Source: Candidatus Hydrogenedentota bacterium (GTDB taxonomy: Bacteria > Hydrogenedentota > Hydrogenedentia > Hydrogenedentales > SLHB01). From it: a DNA stretch of 64,000 nt. Each line of letters begins with the position of its first letter. The first letter of the stretch is position 1. Location of the stretch: NCBI GenBank assembly GCA_045863335.1, contig BTVY01000011.1, positions 1-64,000 of the forward strand, given 5' to 3'. Both the position numbers and the translations under genes were made by a program. Positions 50,698-61,033 of the stretch are shown here, piece after piece. The notes under the pieces were generated by a model that made no database searches, was not told the DNA's origin, and saw only the letters and a list, made by a program, of their open reading frames with translations.

Positions 50698-53600
50698 TCA
50701 GAGGCGCAGTACAGGTACCCGCAGCGTTTCTGCGGTTCGCGCGACGTCCTCCCGGCACGTGAAAAGCAATACCTGGTGCGACTCGCCGATTCGGCACAGC
50801 AGCTCAAGTGCGCGGTGCAGGCGCGCGTCGTCATAATTCGCAAACGGATCGTCGAGCAGCAGCGGTATACTCTCCCCGCCCTCGCTGAGCGTCCGCACCA
50901 ACGCGAGGCGGAGGGCAAGGTAGATCTGATCCACCGTGCCTTTGCTCAACCGCCGTTCGGGATCGTCGTTCAGGCGCTCCGTCTGCGGGATACGAATGGT
51001 AATTCGAAGCTCCCGGCTGATGCGCAGTTCCGAGTAGGCGCCGCCGGTGATTTCCGCAAGATAAGACCCCGCGAGGTCCGCGAGACCGGGCGCAATGCGG
51101 GCGTGGCGATCCCGCGCGACTTCTTCAATGAGCGCCGCGGCGTAGGAAGCCGCTTCCATCTCAAGCTGCAGGGACTGCGCGCGCGACTGTACCTCGTTGA
51201 GTTCCTCTTCGATCTCGTTCAGCGAACGAACGCCCGCGGCCAGGCGCGTGATCTGGATGTGCAGATCGTGCTCCTGCTTTGAAAGATCCTCCAGCTCGAC
51301 GTTGACGGATCGCAGGTCGGCCTTAACGTTGTCCTCGTCGCGCGTGGCCGTCAGCGCACCCGCCCCATCCTGCTCTACGCGCTGACGCAGCGTCTCCAAC
51401 GCTTCCCCGCGCAGCAGGACGGACAGCTTCTCTTCCAGGGTCGACCGTGAGTCCCACGCCTCCCGATACGCTTTCGCCATGCCGGCCTTTTCCTGCCATG
51501 CTTCGAGTGAGTCCACATCCCCCGCAGCGAGTTGCTCCGCAAGCGCTTGCTCCAGGCTCGCCAGTTCTTCCTCCTCTGCGGTCAACCGCACGTCAATCGA
51601 ATCCGCGCGTTCCCGCAACACGTCCACGCGGCCCCGCTTCTGCCGGGATTGGGCCGTGCGAATCCGATACGCGCGAAGGGCGCCCAGTGCGCTCGTATGC
51701 CGGCTCTCGTCCCGGTATCCGGCTTCGCGCAGGATTCGCCGCACCTCGAGCGACAGCGTGACTTCCTCGCGACGGCGCGTTTCGAGTTCCTCGGCAATCT
51801 GTTGCCGCTGGGTTTCCAGCTCGGCGGGCCGTTCGCGGCTTTCTGTCATGCGCCGTTTTGCGTCGCGGTACTCCTGGTACCGGGCAATGGCGCGAGTCGC
51901 GGCTGCCGGAACGTCACCATCCTCGTTGATAGGTTCGCCCAGTTTCTCGAAGGTGTGGCGCAGGCGCTCGAAAAGTTTCCGCACCTGCTCTTCTTCTTCC
52001 TGAACCGTCGTGTATTGCGCGCGCAATCGCGCCTCGGATACGCGCAACTCCGCGAGATCCTGAACGTATTGCTCGTACGACGCCTCCAACTCCCGCACCG
52101 AATCGAAGCCCGCTTCGCGAACGGCTTGCTCCATCGCGTGCCGGCGTCCCGCCCAGGCGTCTTCGATGTTGTGGATTTCGTCTTGTGTGTGGAGCAATTC
52201 CCGTTCGATTTTACGTGAGGCAGCCCGGCTGAACCCCCACAATATCGCTAGGGAGACCAATGCGATGGCGCAAATGGAAGCCGGAACGTAGACAAAGATG
52301 TTTCCGGTGAAATAGGCCGCAGCCACAAGGCCAATCAACGCGGCTCCAAATGCAAAGGTCGCGGCCCGCGCACCGGGGGCGCGGTCGGCGTTCTCCTCTG
52401 CTTGCTGGCGCAAGTGATCCAGCCGCGAACTCAACGTCGCGAATTGTTCCTCAAACAACCGCGCATGCACCGCGAACTCCCGGCTCTCGGCGGGGAAATC
52501 GGTGAACTTGGCGAACACCTGCTTCGGCCGGTCAAGCGATGTGCGCAGGAGGTTAGTAGTCTCGTTCAACTCGATGAGCTGTTTGCGTTCTTCGTCTCGA
52601 ACCTGTTGCGCGATGCGAAACGATGCGGCTAATTGCGTGAGCCATTCCACCGGGTCGGAACCCACCTGGGCAAAGTCCGGCAGGCGATCCATGTCAGTAC
52701 GGGCTTCAGTCAGCCGCGATTGCGCTTTCTGAAGTTCGCGGTCAATCGTTTCCAAACGCTCTTGAAGCCGGGCGATGGCGCTTTCGTGTTCGGCCAGTTC
52801 CGATTCGGTTTCCTCCGAGATTTCGGCGAACGCTTCGTCGGCTAAAGGCCCGAGCCGATCCCGCTCCTCGCGAAGTTGATGCAGGAGCTCTTCGCGTTCT
52901 TTGCGCGTGCGTTCAACCTGTGCACGGATGGTGCTGACTGCGTTGGCGGTGCGTTGCACGTCCGCGTTCGCTTCGAGGGGAAAGTCCCGGACCGCACCGA
53001 GGGCGAAGCATTCCTGCGTAGCCCGGTCGATGGCGGCTGCCAGGCGCGACGCTTCTTCAAGGCGCTCCGCCCGTTCCCTGCGCTCCAGTTGTGCCAGTTC
53101 TTCTTCCAGTACCGCCCGGCGCTCCGCAACGCCGTCGCGTTGCTCCAGCACGGCAAGCCGCCGCGCTTCCAGCGTCCGCAACTCTCCCCGCCGAACCTGC
53201 GCGATGCGCAGTTCATCTTCCAGACTTCGAAGGCGGGCTTGGGCCATCGGCAACGGCCGTTTCGAGTGGGCTGCCGGTCTCCCGATCTTTACAATGCGAT
53301 CGGCGAGCCGTTTCAGCGCGACGTCGGCCGATCCGGTTTCTTCAGACGAATCGGCGAGTGCGAGAATCCGCTCACGGATTTGCGTCAGCGCATCCTCATC
53401 TCCCAAATCGTCCAGCGTCAGATGGCCAATCGTCGCGGCGTTGAGATAGACCGCCTTGGACAAACCGAGGTGTTGTTCGGCGAAGTTGGGTTCCCGGTTT
53501 CGAAGGCGCTCGAATTCAACGGTGATATCGCGTGCGTGGGTGCGGTCGAAAACCGACACGGACTCCCGTTTTCGGTCGAAATTCCGTTGGACCTCGATCT

Positions 53601-53862
53601 CCCGGCCGCCATCCAGCTCATAGACGATGCGGCCGCCGTAGGTGTCCGCTTCCGACCAAGGGCGGCGCAACTCGTTCGAGTCATCGTATAAGCGTTGCTG
53701 CGCGCTTCGCTTCTGCCCGTACAACATGTCGCCGACGAAGCAGCGCACGGTGGTCTTACCCTGCTCGTTCGGCCCCAGGATTACCTGTAGGCCCGGCGCA
53801 AGCTCAATCGCGCGGTCCGTAAATCGGCCATATCCGTCCAGCCAGAGTTGCTTGAGGCGCAC
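50698..53862 (-). CDS. YhaN-like SMC/Rad50-type ATPase with central TM hairpin
   Basis: Walker A GPNEQGKTT; long coiled coils; central hydrophobic hairpin; LSKGTVDQIYLALRL signature; Walker B LLLDDPF. Confidence 0.88.
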   Translation of the reverse strand: MRLKQLWLDGYGRFTDRAIELAPGLQVILGPNEQGKTTVRCFVGDMLYGQKRSAQQRLYDDSNELRRPWSEADTYGGRIVYELDGGREIEVQRNFDRKRESVSVFDRTHARDITVEFERLRNREPNFAEQHLGLSKAVYLNAATIGHLTLDDLGDEDALTQIRERILALADSSEETGSADVALKRLADRIVKIGRPAAHSKRPLPMAQARLRSLEDELRIAQVRRGELRTLEARRLAVLEQRDGVAERRAVLEEELAQLERRERAERLEEASRLAAAIDRATQECFALGAVRDFPLEANADVQRTANAVSTIRAQVERTRKEREELLHQLREERDRLGPLADEAFAEISEETESELAEHESAIARLQERLETIDRELQKAQSRLTEARTDMDRLPDFAQVGSDPVEWLTQLAASFRIAQQVRDEERKQLIELNETTNLLRTSLDRPKQVFAKFTDFPAESREFAVHARLFEEQFATLSSRLDHLRQQAEENADRAPGARAATFAFGAALIGLVAAAYFTGNIFVYVPASICAIALVSLAILWGFSRAASRKIERELLHTQDEIHNIEDAWAGRRHAMEQAVREAGFDSVRELEASYEQYVQDLAELRVSEARLRAQYTTVQEEEEQVRKLFERLRHTFEKLGEPINEDGDVPAAATRAIARYQEYRDAKRRMTESRERPAELETQRQQIAEELETRRREEVTLSLEVRRILREAGYRDESRHTSALGALRAYRIRTAQSRQKRGRVDVLRERADSIDVRLTAEEEELASLEQALAEQLAAGDVDSLEAWQEKAGMAKAYREAWDSRSTLEEKLSVLLRGEALETLRQRVEQDGAGALTATRDEDNVKADLRSVNVELEDLSKQEHDLHIQITRLAAGVRSLNEIEEELNEVQSRAQSLQLEMEAASYAAALIEEVARDRHARIAPGLADLAGSYLAEITGGAYSELRISRELRITIRIPQTERLNDDPERRLSKGTVDQIYLALRLALVRTLSEGGESIPLLLDDPFANYDDARLHRALELLCRIGESHQVLLFTCREDVARTAETLRVPVLRL

Positions 53863-53864
53863 TG

Positions 53865-55016
53865 CTACTCGCCCTCCGCGCCTTCAATGGCGAGATCCCG
53901 CCCGCGATACGCGGCCAGGCCAACTTCGCGGGCGCGCAAGAGCATCTGTCGCCGCCCGAGGTCCGGCGTATCGTCCAATTCGGCGTTTAACATGGCAATG
54001 AAGGCGCCCAGGCTGGTGTGTTCGCGCGCGAGAAAGAGGTAGTCTTCGAGTTCCACAGTCGCGTCAACCACTTTCAGGTACTCAAAGTGGTCCGACAACG
54101 CATCGCGGATGGCGGAGATCTCATGGCGCCACTCGGGGCTGTTGTTGCCCGTCAAGGTGACGCGCGCCACCGCGGCAAGGCCATTCGGCTTCGGGTGTTC
54201 GCGTATGGCATCGACGATCTGTTGCGAGTTTGTGAATTCGGAACAATCCATGGAGAACGTCACGTACACGGTGCGGTTCCCGGTTACCGGTCGAACCCGG
54301 ACTTCCTTCTCATCAATTTCCACTTCGAGGAAGTATCGTTCTCCGGTCTCGCCGAATCCGTGGCCTTCGGGCGCTCCCGAGTAGGCAACCGTTGCGTCGT
54401 AGGGCCCGGGCACCTGTTTGTAGCCATGAAAATGGCCCAGCGCCAGATAGCGCAGACCCGGCGGCGTCGCGTCGGTCGCGCGAAACGGTGCATAGGCGTC
54501 TTTCCCGGGCGGGATGGAGCCCATCTCGGATCCATGGCCGAGAGCCACGTGGACGCGCCCGTCCTGTGGAATCTGGAGGGACCCAAACGGATTTTGGGAT
54601 ATGTCCAGACTGTCAAAGGCAAAGCCGTGGACGGTAAGCGAGATGTCTTCCACGTCCGCGCGCTGCCATGCCGGGGTTGAAAAGATCGTAACATTCGACG
54701 GCCACGATTCCGTCCGATACGGTGAGTTGGTAGTGTACGGGTCGTGATTTCCAGGCGCGATGAAAACGGGTACGGGCCCAAGGTTCTCGAACGACGACTG
54801 TAGAAACGCTACGGTGTCACGGCTGATGCGGTCAATTTCGAAGAGGTCACCAGCGATGAGCACCGCATCGGCCGGCCATTCCACGGCGCGCTCGAGGATC
54901 CGTTTCAAAACATCTCGCAGGCTCTGACGCCGGCGATTGCCAAAGGCTGCCGGCAGCCGTTCCTCCGCATAGCACGCGTCGAGATGGAGGTCTGAGGTAT
55001 GAATGAGTCGAATCAC
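53865..55016 (-). CDS. YhaO/SbcD/Mre11-family metallophosphoesterase nuclease
   Basis: HTSDLHL, AGDLFE, PGNHDP, GHGS, LALGHFH, YSGAPEG..FGE. Confidence 0.9.
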   Translation of the reverse strand: MIRLIHTSDLHLDACYAEERLPAAFGNRRRQSLRDVLKRILERAVEWPADAVLIAGDLFEIDRISRDTVAFLQSSFENLGPVPVFIAPGNHDPYTTNSPYRTESWPSNVTIFSTPAWQRADVEDISLTVHGFAFDSLDISQNPFGSLQIPQDGRVHVALGHGSEMGSIPPGKDAYAPFRATDATPPGLRYLALGHFHGYKQVPGPYDATVAYSGAPEGHGFGETGERYFLEVEIDEKEVRVRPVTGNRTVYVTFSMDCSEFTNSQQIVDAIREHPKPNGLAAVARVTLTGNNSPEWRHEISAIRDALSDHFEYLKVVDATVELEDYLFLAREHTSLGAFIAMLNAELDDTPDLGRRQMLLRAREVGLAAYRGRDLAIEGAEGE

Positions 55017-55311
55017 GATAATCCATTGGCTGTTGTCGGGCTGATGCGTAATCGCGCCTTGCCAAGCCGTTTCCGCCGACGCCGGTCCGGCTTTCGTGCG
55101 AAAGGAAGCGGACTGCGTTGCGGAATCCTGGAATAGACAAGGTGCGTCGTATGATACCTGTTTCAGGCGGCTGATCTGTAATTCGAGACGCGCGCGCGAA
55201 TCGCCCGGCTTTTTCTGTGCCCGCAAGCGCGAACGCCTTGCGCCAACATCCCGAAATACGGTGAGCAATACCCCCGAGAAAACTCATCCGCTCGCGGGCG
55301 AGGAATCCGGG

Positions 55312-56244
55312 CTAGTCCGCGCAAATGGACGGCGGGTTTCCGGCGGCCGCGTCCTCGTACCCCTTCAGAAAGCTGTGAATGAGCGTTCGCCGGAACATGA
55401 ACCGGAAGCAGCCCGTGTCGGGCGCCAACGCACCGCACAACCTTCGGTAGATCGAAACCAGCACCCGTTCCGGCCCGATCAATCTGCCTTGATACGGACG
55501 CAGCAGCCGGTTTTGGATTACGTCGGCGTGGGTCTTGTCGAGCAGCATGCGAAGCGAGTACCCCTCGGCATAGTACCGGCAGCGCTCGTCGTCCTGTGTC
55601 ACCGGACACCAGAGGTACGCGGTCGCGTCGTCGCCGTAGAACCCGCGAACGCCTTGCGCTTCCAATCTCCATGCGAGTTCCACATCCTCGAGACCCGAAT
55701 GGAGAAAGGACTCATCAAATCCACCGGTTTCGCTCACCGCAGCCCGGGGAAGACTGAGATTCCAGGCGCGCCAATCGATGAAACTCAATGGCTGCCCTTT
55801 TAGGAAACCGTCCCCCCGGAAAACGGAATAGTCGCGCGTAAGGGTGTTGGCGGCGATCTGCGGGTGATGGCGAATAGCACCGACGATGGCCGCGCTTCCC
55901 CCGTGACGTTCCTGCGCGCGCACGTGGCTTTCCACGAGGCCGGGTCCCGCAAGGAGATGGTCGTCGAGAAATAGAACCCAGCGGCCCTTGGCTTTCTGAA
56001 CCGCCTGGTTTCGCGCCAGCGCGCGATTCGCATTCTCCACCAAAATGCTCCGTGAACGAACCGGGGCGCCCGCAACGTAGCGGTCGAGGACCTCCTGCGT
56101 ATTATCCGTGCTCGCCAGGTTGACAATGAGCAGCTCGAAGTGCGCCGCGGGATAACTCTGCAACTCCAGGTGGGAAAGCGTGAGAGGAAGCAATTCCGCG
56201 CGGTTCCGAACCGTGATAATGAGGGAGACGTCGGTAGCATCCAT
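55312..56244 (-). CDS. GT2-family glycosyltransferase
   Basis: VSLII..RNR, STDNT, ARNQA, LFLDDH, GGFDE.F..GLEDVEL..RL. Confidence 0.9.
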   Translation of the reverse strand: MDATDVSLIITVRNRAELLPLTLSHLELQSYPAAHFELLIVNLASTDNTQEVLDRYVAGAPVRSRSILVENANRALARNQAVQKAKGRWVLFLDDHLLAGPGLVESHVRAQERHGGSAAIVGAIRHHPQIAANTLTRDYSVFRGDGFLKGQPLSFIDWRAWNLSLPRAAVSETGGFDESFLHSGLEDVELAWRLEAQGVRGFYGDDATAYLWCPVTQDDERCRYYAEGYSLRMLLDKTHADVIQNRLLRPYQGRLIGPERVLVSIYRRLCGALAPDTGCFRFMFRRTLIHSFLKGYEDAAAGNPPSICAD

Positions 56245-56356
56245 GGAAAATCGTAATCCAATTCGGTTCTCCGCCGGAGTGGCGGCACCATTTGCCCCTT
56301 ACCGGAGGAAGGAACCAAAGCCCTGCGCACGATACTAACGCGCCACCGGGATCGCG

Positions 56357-58369
56357 TCAAGGCGAGCCTGGAGGTTTCGAAAACCGTGGGACGGCGACAG
56401 CCGGTACCGACGAAGCGTTGCCCGGGTCAGAAGGGTCGCTGCCGGCGAAGATTTCGCTGCCGTCCCCCACGCCGTCGCCGTCGGAATCGATCAGAGTCGG
56501 ATCGGTAGGAACGCCGAAGGCGCCGAGGATCTCATCGCGGTCCGATATCCAATCGCCATCCGTATCGCGCGCGTGGGGATCCGTCACGTAGCCGAAAGCG
56601 CCGCTGATCTCGTCCGCGTCGGACAGACCGTCTCCGTCTGAATCCGCATCGTCATCTTCGATGACGATGGTGAGCGATTGTGCGATCGGCGAGAGCACGA
56701 CGCCATTCGGGGATGAGAGTTCCAGCGAAAAGGCCTCGGGATCCTCATGTCTCGTATCGTCGACAATGGGAATTGCGATCGTAAGTGTATTTGCCGCCAC
56801 ATCAAATTCAAACGCGCCACTTACGGTGCCGAAGTCCGTTCCCGCGATTGCGTTTCCAGAGATGCTGACGCATACGACCGACGCGCCCGCGATGGCATTC
56901 GGTGCGGTGAGATCCACACTGATCTGGATCGACCCGCTCGCTTCGGAAACGGACACGCTCGCCGATCCAAACGCGGCTTGCGGCAGAGGGTCGTCGTCGA
57001 TGATGGTCAGCGTCGCACTACGGTCGGCCTTCGGGAGCGACATCCCTTTTGGTTTGCGGAGTTTCAGCTGGATGGTTTCACTCAGTTCCCGAAAGCCGTC
57101 ATCCACGATGGGGACCTGAAACGTCTTGACTGCGTCGAAGGGGCCAAACTCAATCACGCCGGAAACACGCACGAAATCCGCGCCTTCCGTTGCCGTGCCC
57201 GAACGCGCCACATAGCGGACGCTCGCCGTCTTTCCCACGCCGGGCGGTTCGGCCAGTTCGATCGCGATCGCCGCGGCGCCATTGGTCTCGACGATGCTGA
57301 AACTCGAGGACGCGAAACGTGCCGAAGGCGAACCGGGTGTGGATGCATTCACGTAACCGATATCGCGCAATAAAGCGACCTCGATTTGGCTGTACTCGCG
57401 GATCGCGACGCCCGGGTCCAGGACCGGTTTCATCAAATGGGTTCCCGGTACTTCCTGCGAGAGGTGACTCAGACTGCTGCCGACCACGAATGTCTCGGGC
57501 GTATAAAGGGGAACTCCTCCGCCGAAGATGTTCTCGACTGTCGCGCCACGCAAGAGAACTCCACCGTCGCTCCCCACAAGACTTTCCACCGGCCCCACGA
57601 ATTCCGGGGAAGCGTTGAAGAGTGAGGTCCCGCCCGCGGTGGTCATAGACTCGTCCCATTGGGTGTAGACGCCGGGGCTGCCGCCGGTAAGGAGGCTGCT
57701 CCCGTCTTCATCGCAGACCGAAAGGAGGCCCAAGCCATGGGTCAACTCGTGAAGCAGCGCGGTGAAGAGATCGAGCCGGTCTTCCGGAACCTGTGGCGCG
57801 GCATCCGTGTACCAGGGAAACCCGAAGTCCACCCGGCACACGATATCGGCCGTGTCCGGTGCGGGGTCGACCCCCGTCGTGATGTGTTGAAACGCGAGCC
57901 CGTTCCCGAAGCCGTGAGGCTCCTCGAAGAACAACGGCCCGGCGGTTGCCAGGAACCCGCTCCCGTCCGTTTCTGACGTGTTGAATTGAATGTCGCATTC
58001 CGCGGGGCCGGCCTCATTGAGCACGTCGCCCAGATACTCCAGGACGCGTTCCACAACCGCGCGCCGCTCCACTCCCAGCGTAGGATGATCAAACCCGATA
58101 TTGTTGCCCAACCCCCACCGCGCCGTCTGATCCTTGTAAGAGACATTGAACGTAATCTCGTTGACCTTGCGCTGCGTCGCGTGCTCGGGCCGCATCGCCG
58201 CCCATGCTGGTGGTGATGCCGAATCAAAGGACTCCACGACGCCCGAGGAGTCGATGTAGAACACGCGTTCCGCCTGAGACGCGGTAGGCGCCAACAACGC
58301 CACTGCAATGGCGATTGAGGCGAAACTGCGCAGGCTTCGTCGGGACGCCGTATTCATGCTCCGGTACAT
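56357..58369 (-). CDS. Secreted metzincin-like peptidase with two Calx-beta domains and Asp-rich Ca-binding repeats
   Basis: Signal peptide; LLHELTHGLG, SSLSHL, LMKP; Calx-beta motifs GTATEGADF..IVDD..E.I; DSDGDG/DTDGD repeats. Confidence 0.8.
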   Translation of the reverse strand: MYRSMNTASRRSLRSFASIAIAVALLAPTASQAERVFYIDSSGVVESFDSASPPAWAAMRPEHATQRKVNEITFNVSYKDQTARWGLGNNIGFDHPTLGVERRAVVERVLEYLGDVLNEAGPAECDIQFNTSETDGSGFLATAGPLFFEEPHGFGNGLAFQHITTGVDPAPDTADIVCRVDFGFPWYTDAAPQVPEDRLDLFTALLHELTHGLGLLSVCDEDGSSLLTGGSPGVYTQWDESMTTAGGTSLFNASPEFVGPVESLVGSDGGVLLRGATVENIFGGGVPLYTPETFVVGSSLSHLSQEVPGTHLMKPVLDPGVAIREYSQIEVALLRDIGYVNASTPGSPSARFASSSFSIVETNGAAAIAIELAEPPGVGKTASVRYVARSGTATEGADFVRVSGVIEFGPFDAVKTFQVPIVDDGFRELSETIQLKLRKPKGMSLPKADRSATLTIIDDDPLPQAAFGSASVSVSEASGSIQISVDLTAPNAIAGASVVCVSISGNAIAGTDFGTVSGAFEFDVAANTLTIAIPIVDDTRHEDPEAFSLELSSPNGVVLSPIAQSLTIVIEDDDADSDGDGLSDADEISGAFGYVTDPHARDTDGDWISDRDEILGAFGVPTDPTLIDSDGDGVGDGSEIFAGSDPSDPGNASSVPAVAVPRFSKPPGSP

Positions 58370-58620
58370 GCTGTCTTTCTATCCATGAATTGGAAGGCGT
58401 TGGACCACGCACATAAGGCGCACCTATTGTAATACATTCGCGCGATGTCGTTTCTTCGCACAGCGGGGATCTGTCAGCTGCCTGGGACGGTTAGAACTTC
58501 CCGCGCCACAGGTGGTACGATTCATTTGCTTGACGACGAGATACGGCGCGCACCTGCCGGGCGAGCGGCGGTCTCCATCGGTCGAATCGCGATCGACAGC
58601 AGGGATGAAAGCAACACACT

Positions 58621-60960
58621 GTGACTGAACCCACACCACACTACCGTTACGCGCTGCTTCCCTTGTTCCTGATCGCGGGAATATTCATCGTCCTGGGACC
58701 CACATTCTGGAACGGCACCGAGACCCGGCAGGGAAGCGTTACGGATGCCTACGAGAACAGCGACCTTTACCACTACGTCTATCCGGCCTTCGACTACACC
58801 TTTGGCCGCATGCGCGGGAGCGGGGAGGTAGATGGACGCATCACGATATTGCCCGGGCTGGGCGGCTCGCTTCCTGCCTGGAATGCGCAACAGCGTTGCG
58901 GCATGCCGTTAACGACGGACCCGCGCCTCGGCGTTTTTCAGCCCTTGAACGCCGTTTTCCTGTTCTTGCCCACGGCCCAGGCGCTTGCCGTCCACGCGTT
59001 TTTGTGCCTGTTTCTCATGGGCCTCTTCTTCGCCCTGTTCGCGCGCGCCGTGGGCGTGGGATACGTGGCCGCCGTGATCGGCGGGATCGTGTACGCCTAT
59101 TGCGGCGCGTCGGCCGCCGCCATGTCCCGGCCGTGGATGGCCTCGGCCATGGTCTGGTTCCCCTTTGTCATGTGGGCTGTGCGCGAATATGGCCATCGGT
59201 TCGACTTTGGGACCGCTATGCTCGCGGGACTGGGAAGCGCCTTGTTGATTTTGTCGGGCGCCTATGCGCTTGTACTGGCCTGCCTGTGCCTGGTCCTTCC
59301 GTATCGAATTCAGATGACGCTCTTTCCCCGTTCCGACGAACCCCAAATCCCCCCTTTGCGCCGGCGCATTCGCGGTCCCCTGCTGATGGGGCTCGTTGCC
59401 ATCGGCGTCTCATCGATCCAGTGGTTGCCGACAGCCTATTGGGCCTTGCGTCTTGACGCGCCCTTTCAGTCCCTTTGGAGTTTTAATCTCGCGGCGGAGG
59501 CGCCGGTCTCATGGCGCGAATTCCTGGTCCAGGTGCTCACGCCCAGTTCAGACAGCCTGCCTCGAATCGCCTACGTCGGCACCGTCACCTTGTTGCTGAT
59601 CCCCGCGGCATTGTTCCATCGGCGCCGCCGCCGCGATGTGCTGTTCTTTCTGGCCGCGGCTGTTGCGGGGGTGGCGGCCGCGATCGCCGGGGCCTCGGGG
59701 TTGCCACTGGGGTTTCCCCATCTTGCGTTTCTCTACCCCGTGGCTTTCTGCCTCGCCACGCTCGCGGCCCTGGGCGCCGATCGGCTCCTGACGCCGCGCG
59801 ATACCTTTCGGTCCCGCCCCATATGGTTGCCGGCCACCGTCGTTGTTGCGCTGAGCATCGGCCTTATCATCGCCTTCGGCGCGGACATCCGCCAATACGT
59901 GATTCCCTTCCTCGCGGTACTGATGCTCTTTCTATTGTTTCGTTACCGCGTGTTTGCGCCCGTCTGCGGAATCGCGATGGCCGCGCTGCTGGTGGTCGAC
60001 CTGACCCTCGCCAGCCGGAACACCTACCGCCACCCGCGGCAGGATGCGCCGGATTGCTATCTGCGTCACGCCGCCGCGCTGGACGACCTGCGCGAACAAT
60101 GCCTCGGGTCGCGCGCGTTGTTCTCTGCCCGCGCCCTCGACGTATCCCTCACGCCGAACATGGGATTTCTTTACCCGCAACGGCTCATCGGCGGCGCCCT
60201 GCTGCCGCTGACGTTGGATGAAGCCATCTGGTGGAGTCAACTGGGCGATGCGGGATCTCCCCTGATCCAGGCAACGGGCAAAGCCGTCACGCACGATTCC
60301 GCGAAACCGCGACTGCTTAACTACATGGCGATGCGCGCCATACTCGCGTCGCCGCAGGGCCCCTTGTACAACGGCGGCTGGGGTGCGGACGGTCCGCGCC
60401 TGCGGGAAGCGCCCGCGCGCGACGATCTTCGGCTGTTCATCAACGAGAACGCGTTGCCCCGCGCCTATTGGGTGCCCGCCGCCCAAGTGACGGTCGGCAT
60501 ACAGGCCGCCATAGATCTCCTGACCGAAGACACCTTCGATCCCGCGCGCGAATGCGTGGTTGACGCCCTGTCACCCGGCATCGAAACGCTGGCTGCCGCC
60601 ACAGGAAGCGCCACCGCGACGTCGCCGGACCGTTCCAGCGCGACGTGTTCCGTCGAGGATCTGAGCCCGGAGCACGTGCGTGTCCGCGTGAACGCTCCCG
60701 CGCCGGGTATCACCGTTCTTTCGGATTCCTATGCGGAAGGGTGGACGGTGACCGTCAACGGCGTTCGCCAACCGATTCTCAACGTGAACGGATTGTTTCG
60801 CGGCATCGTCACTCCGAAAGGAGTCAGCGAGATTGACTTTATCTACCGTCCGCTCGTTTCGTACGTGGCCCGCGGCATCGCCACCACCGTCCTCGTGCTC
60901 GTGTTGTTGTACGGCGTGCGCGTCTTCTTTCGCCGCAGTGCCGCGCTCGTTTCTCTTTGA
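58621..60960 (+). CDS. YfhO-family polytopic membrane protein (putative GT-C glycosyltransferase)
   Basis: LPAWN..CGMP, many TMs, IQWLPT, YVG, NENALPRAY, LSDSY.EGW..VNG, NGLFRGI. Confidence 0.85.
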   Translation: MTEPTPHYRYALLPLFLIAGIFIVLGPTFWNGTETRQGSVTDAYENSDLYHYVYPAFDYTFGRMRGSGEVDGRITILPGLGGSLPAWNAQQRCGMPLTTDPRLGVFQPLNAVFLFLPTAQALAVHAFLCLFLMGLFFALFARAVGVGYVAAVIGGIVYAYCGASAAAMSRPWMASAMVWFPFVMWAVREYGHRFDFGTAMLAGLGSALLILSGAYALVLACLCLVLPYRIQMTLFPRSDEPQIPPLRRRIRGPLLMGLVAIGVSSIQWLPTAYWALRLDAPFQSLWSFNLAAEAPVSWREFLVQVLTPSSDSLPRIAYVGTVTLLLIPAALFHRRRRRDVLFFLAAAVAGVAAAIAGASGLPLGFPHLAFLYPVAFCLATLAALGADRLLTPRDTFRSRPIWLPATVVVALSIGLIIAFGADIRQYVIPFLAVLMLFLLFRYRVFAPVCGIAMAALLVVDLTLASRNTYRHPRQDAPDCYLRHAAALDDLREQCLGSRALFSARALDVSLTPNMGFLYPQRLIGGALLPLTLDEAIWWSQLGDAGSPLIQATGKAVTHDSAKPRLLNYMAMRAILASPQGPLYNGGWGADGPRLREAPARDDLRLFINENALPRAYWVPAAQVTVGIQAAIDLLTEDTFDPARECVVDALSPGIETLAAATGSATATSPDRSSATCSVEDLSPEHVRVRVNAPAPGITVLSDSYAEGWTVTVNGVRQPILNVNGLFRGIVTPKGVSEIDFIYRPLVSYVARGIATTVLVLVLLYGVRVFFRRSAALVSL

Positions 60961-61033
60961 ACCGGGAGGGCCCGGTTGATAGCATGTGGCGCTCCATCCC
61001 AGGGGGATTCTCACAAGCAAGGAGAAGCAAGCT

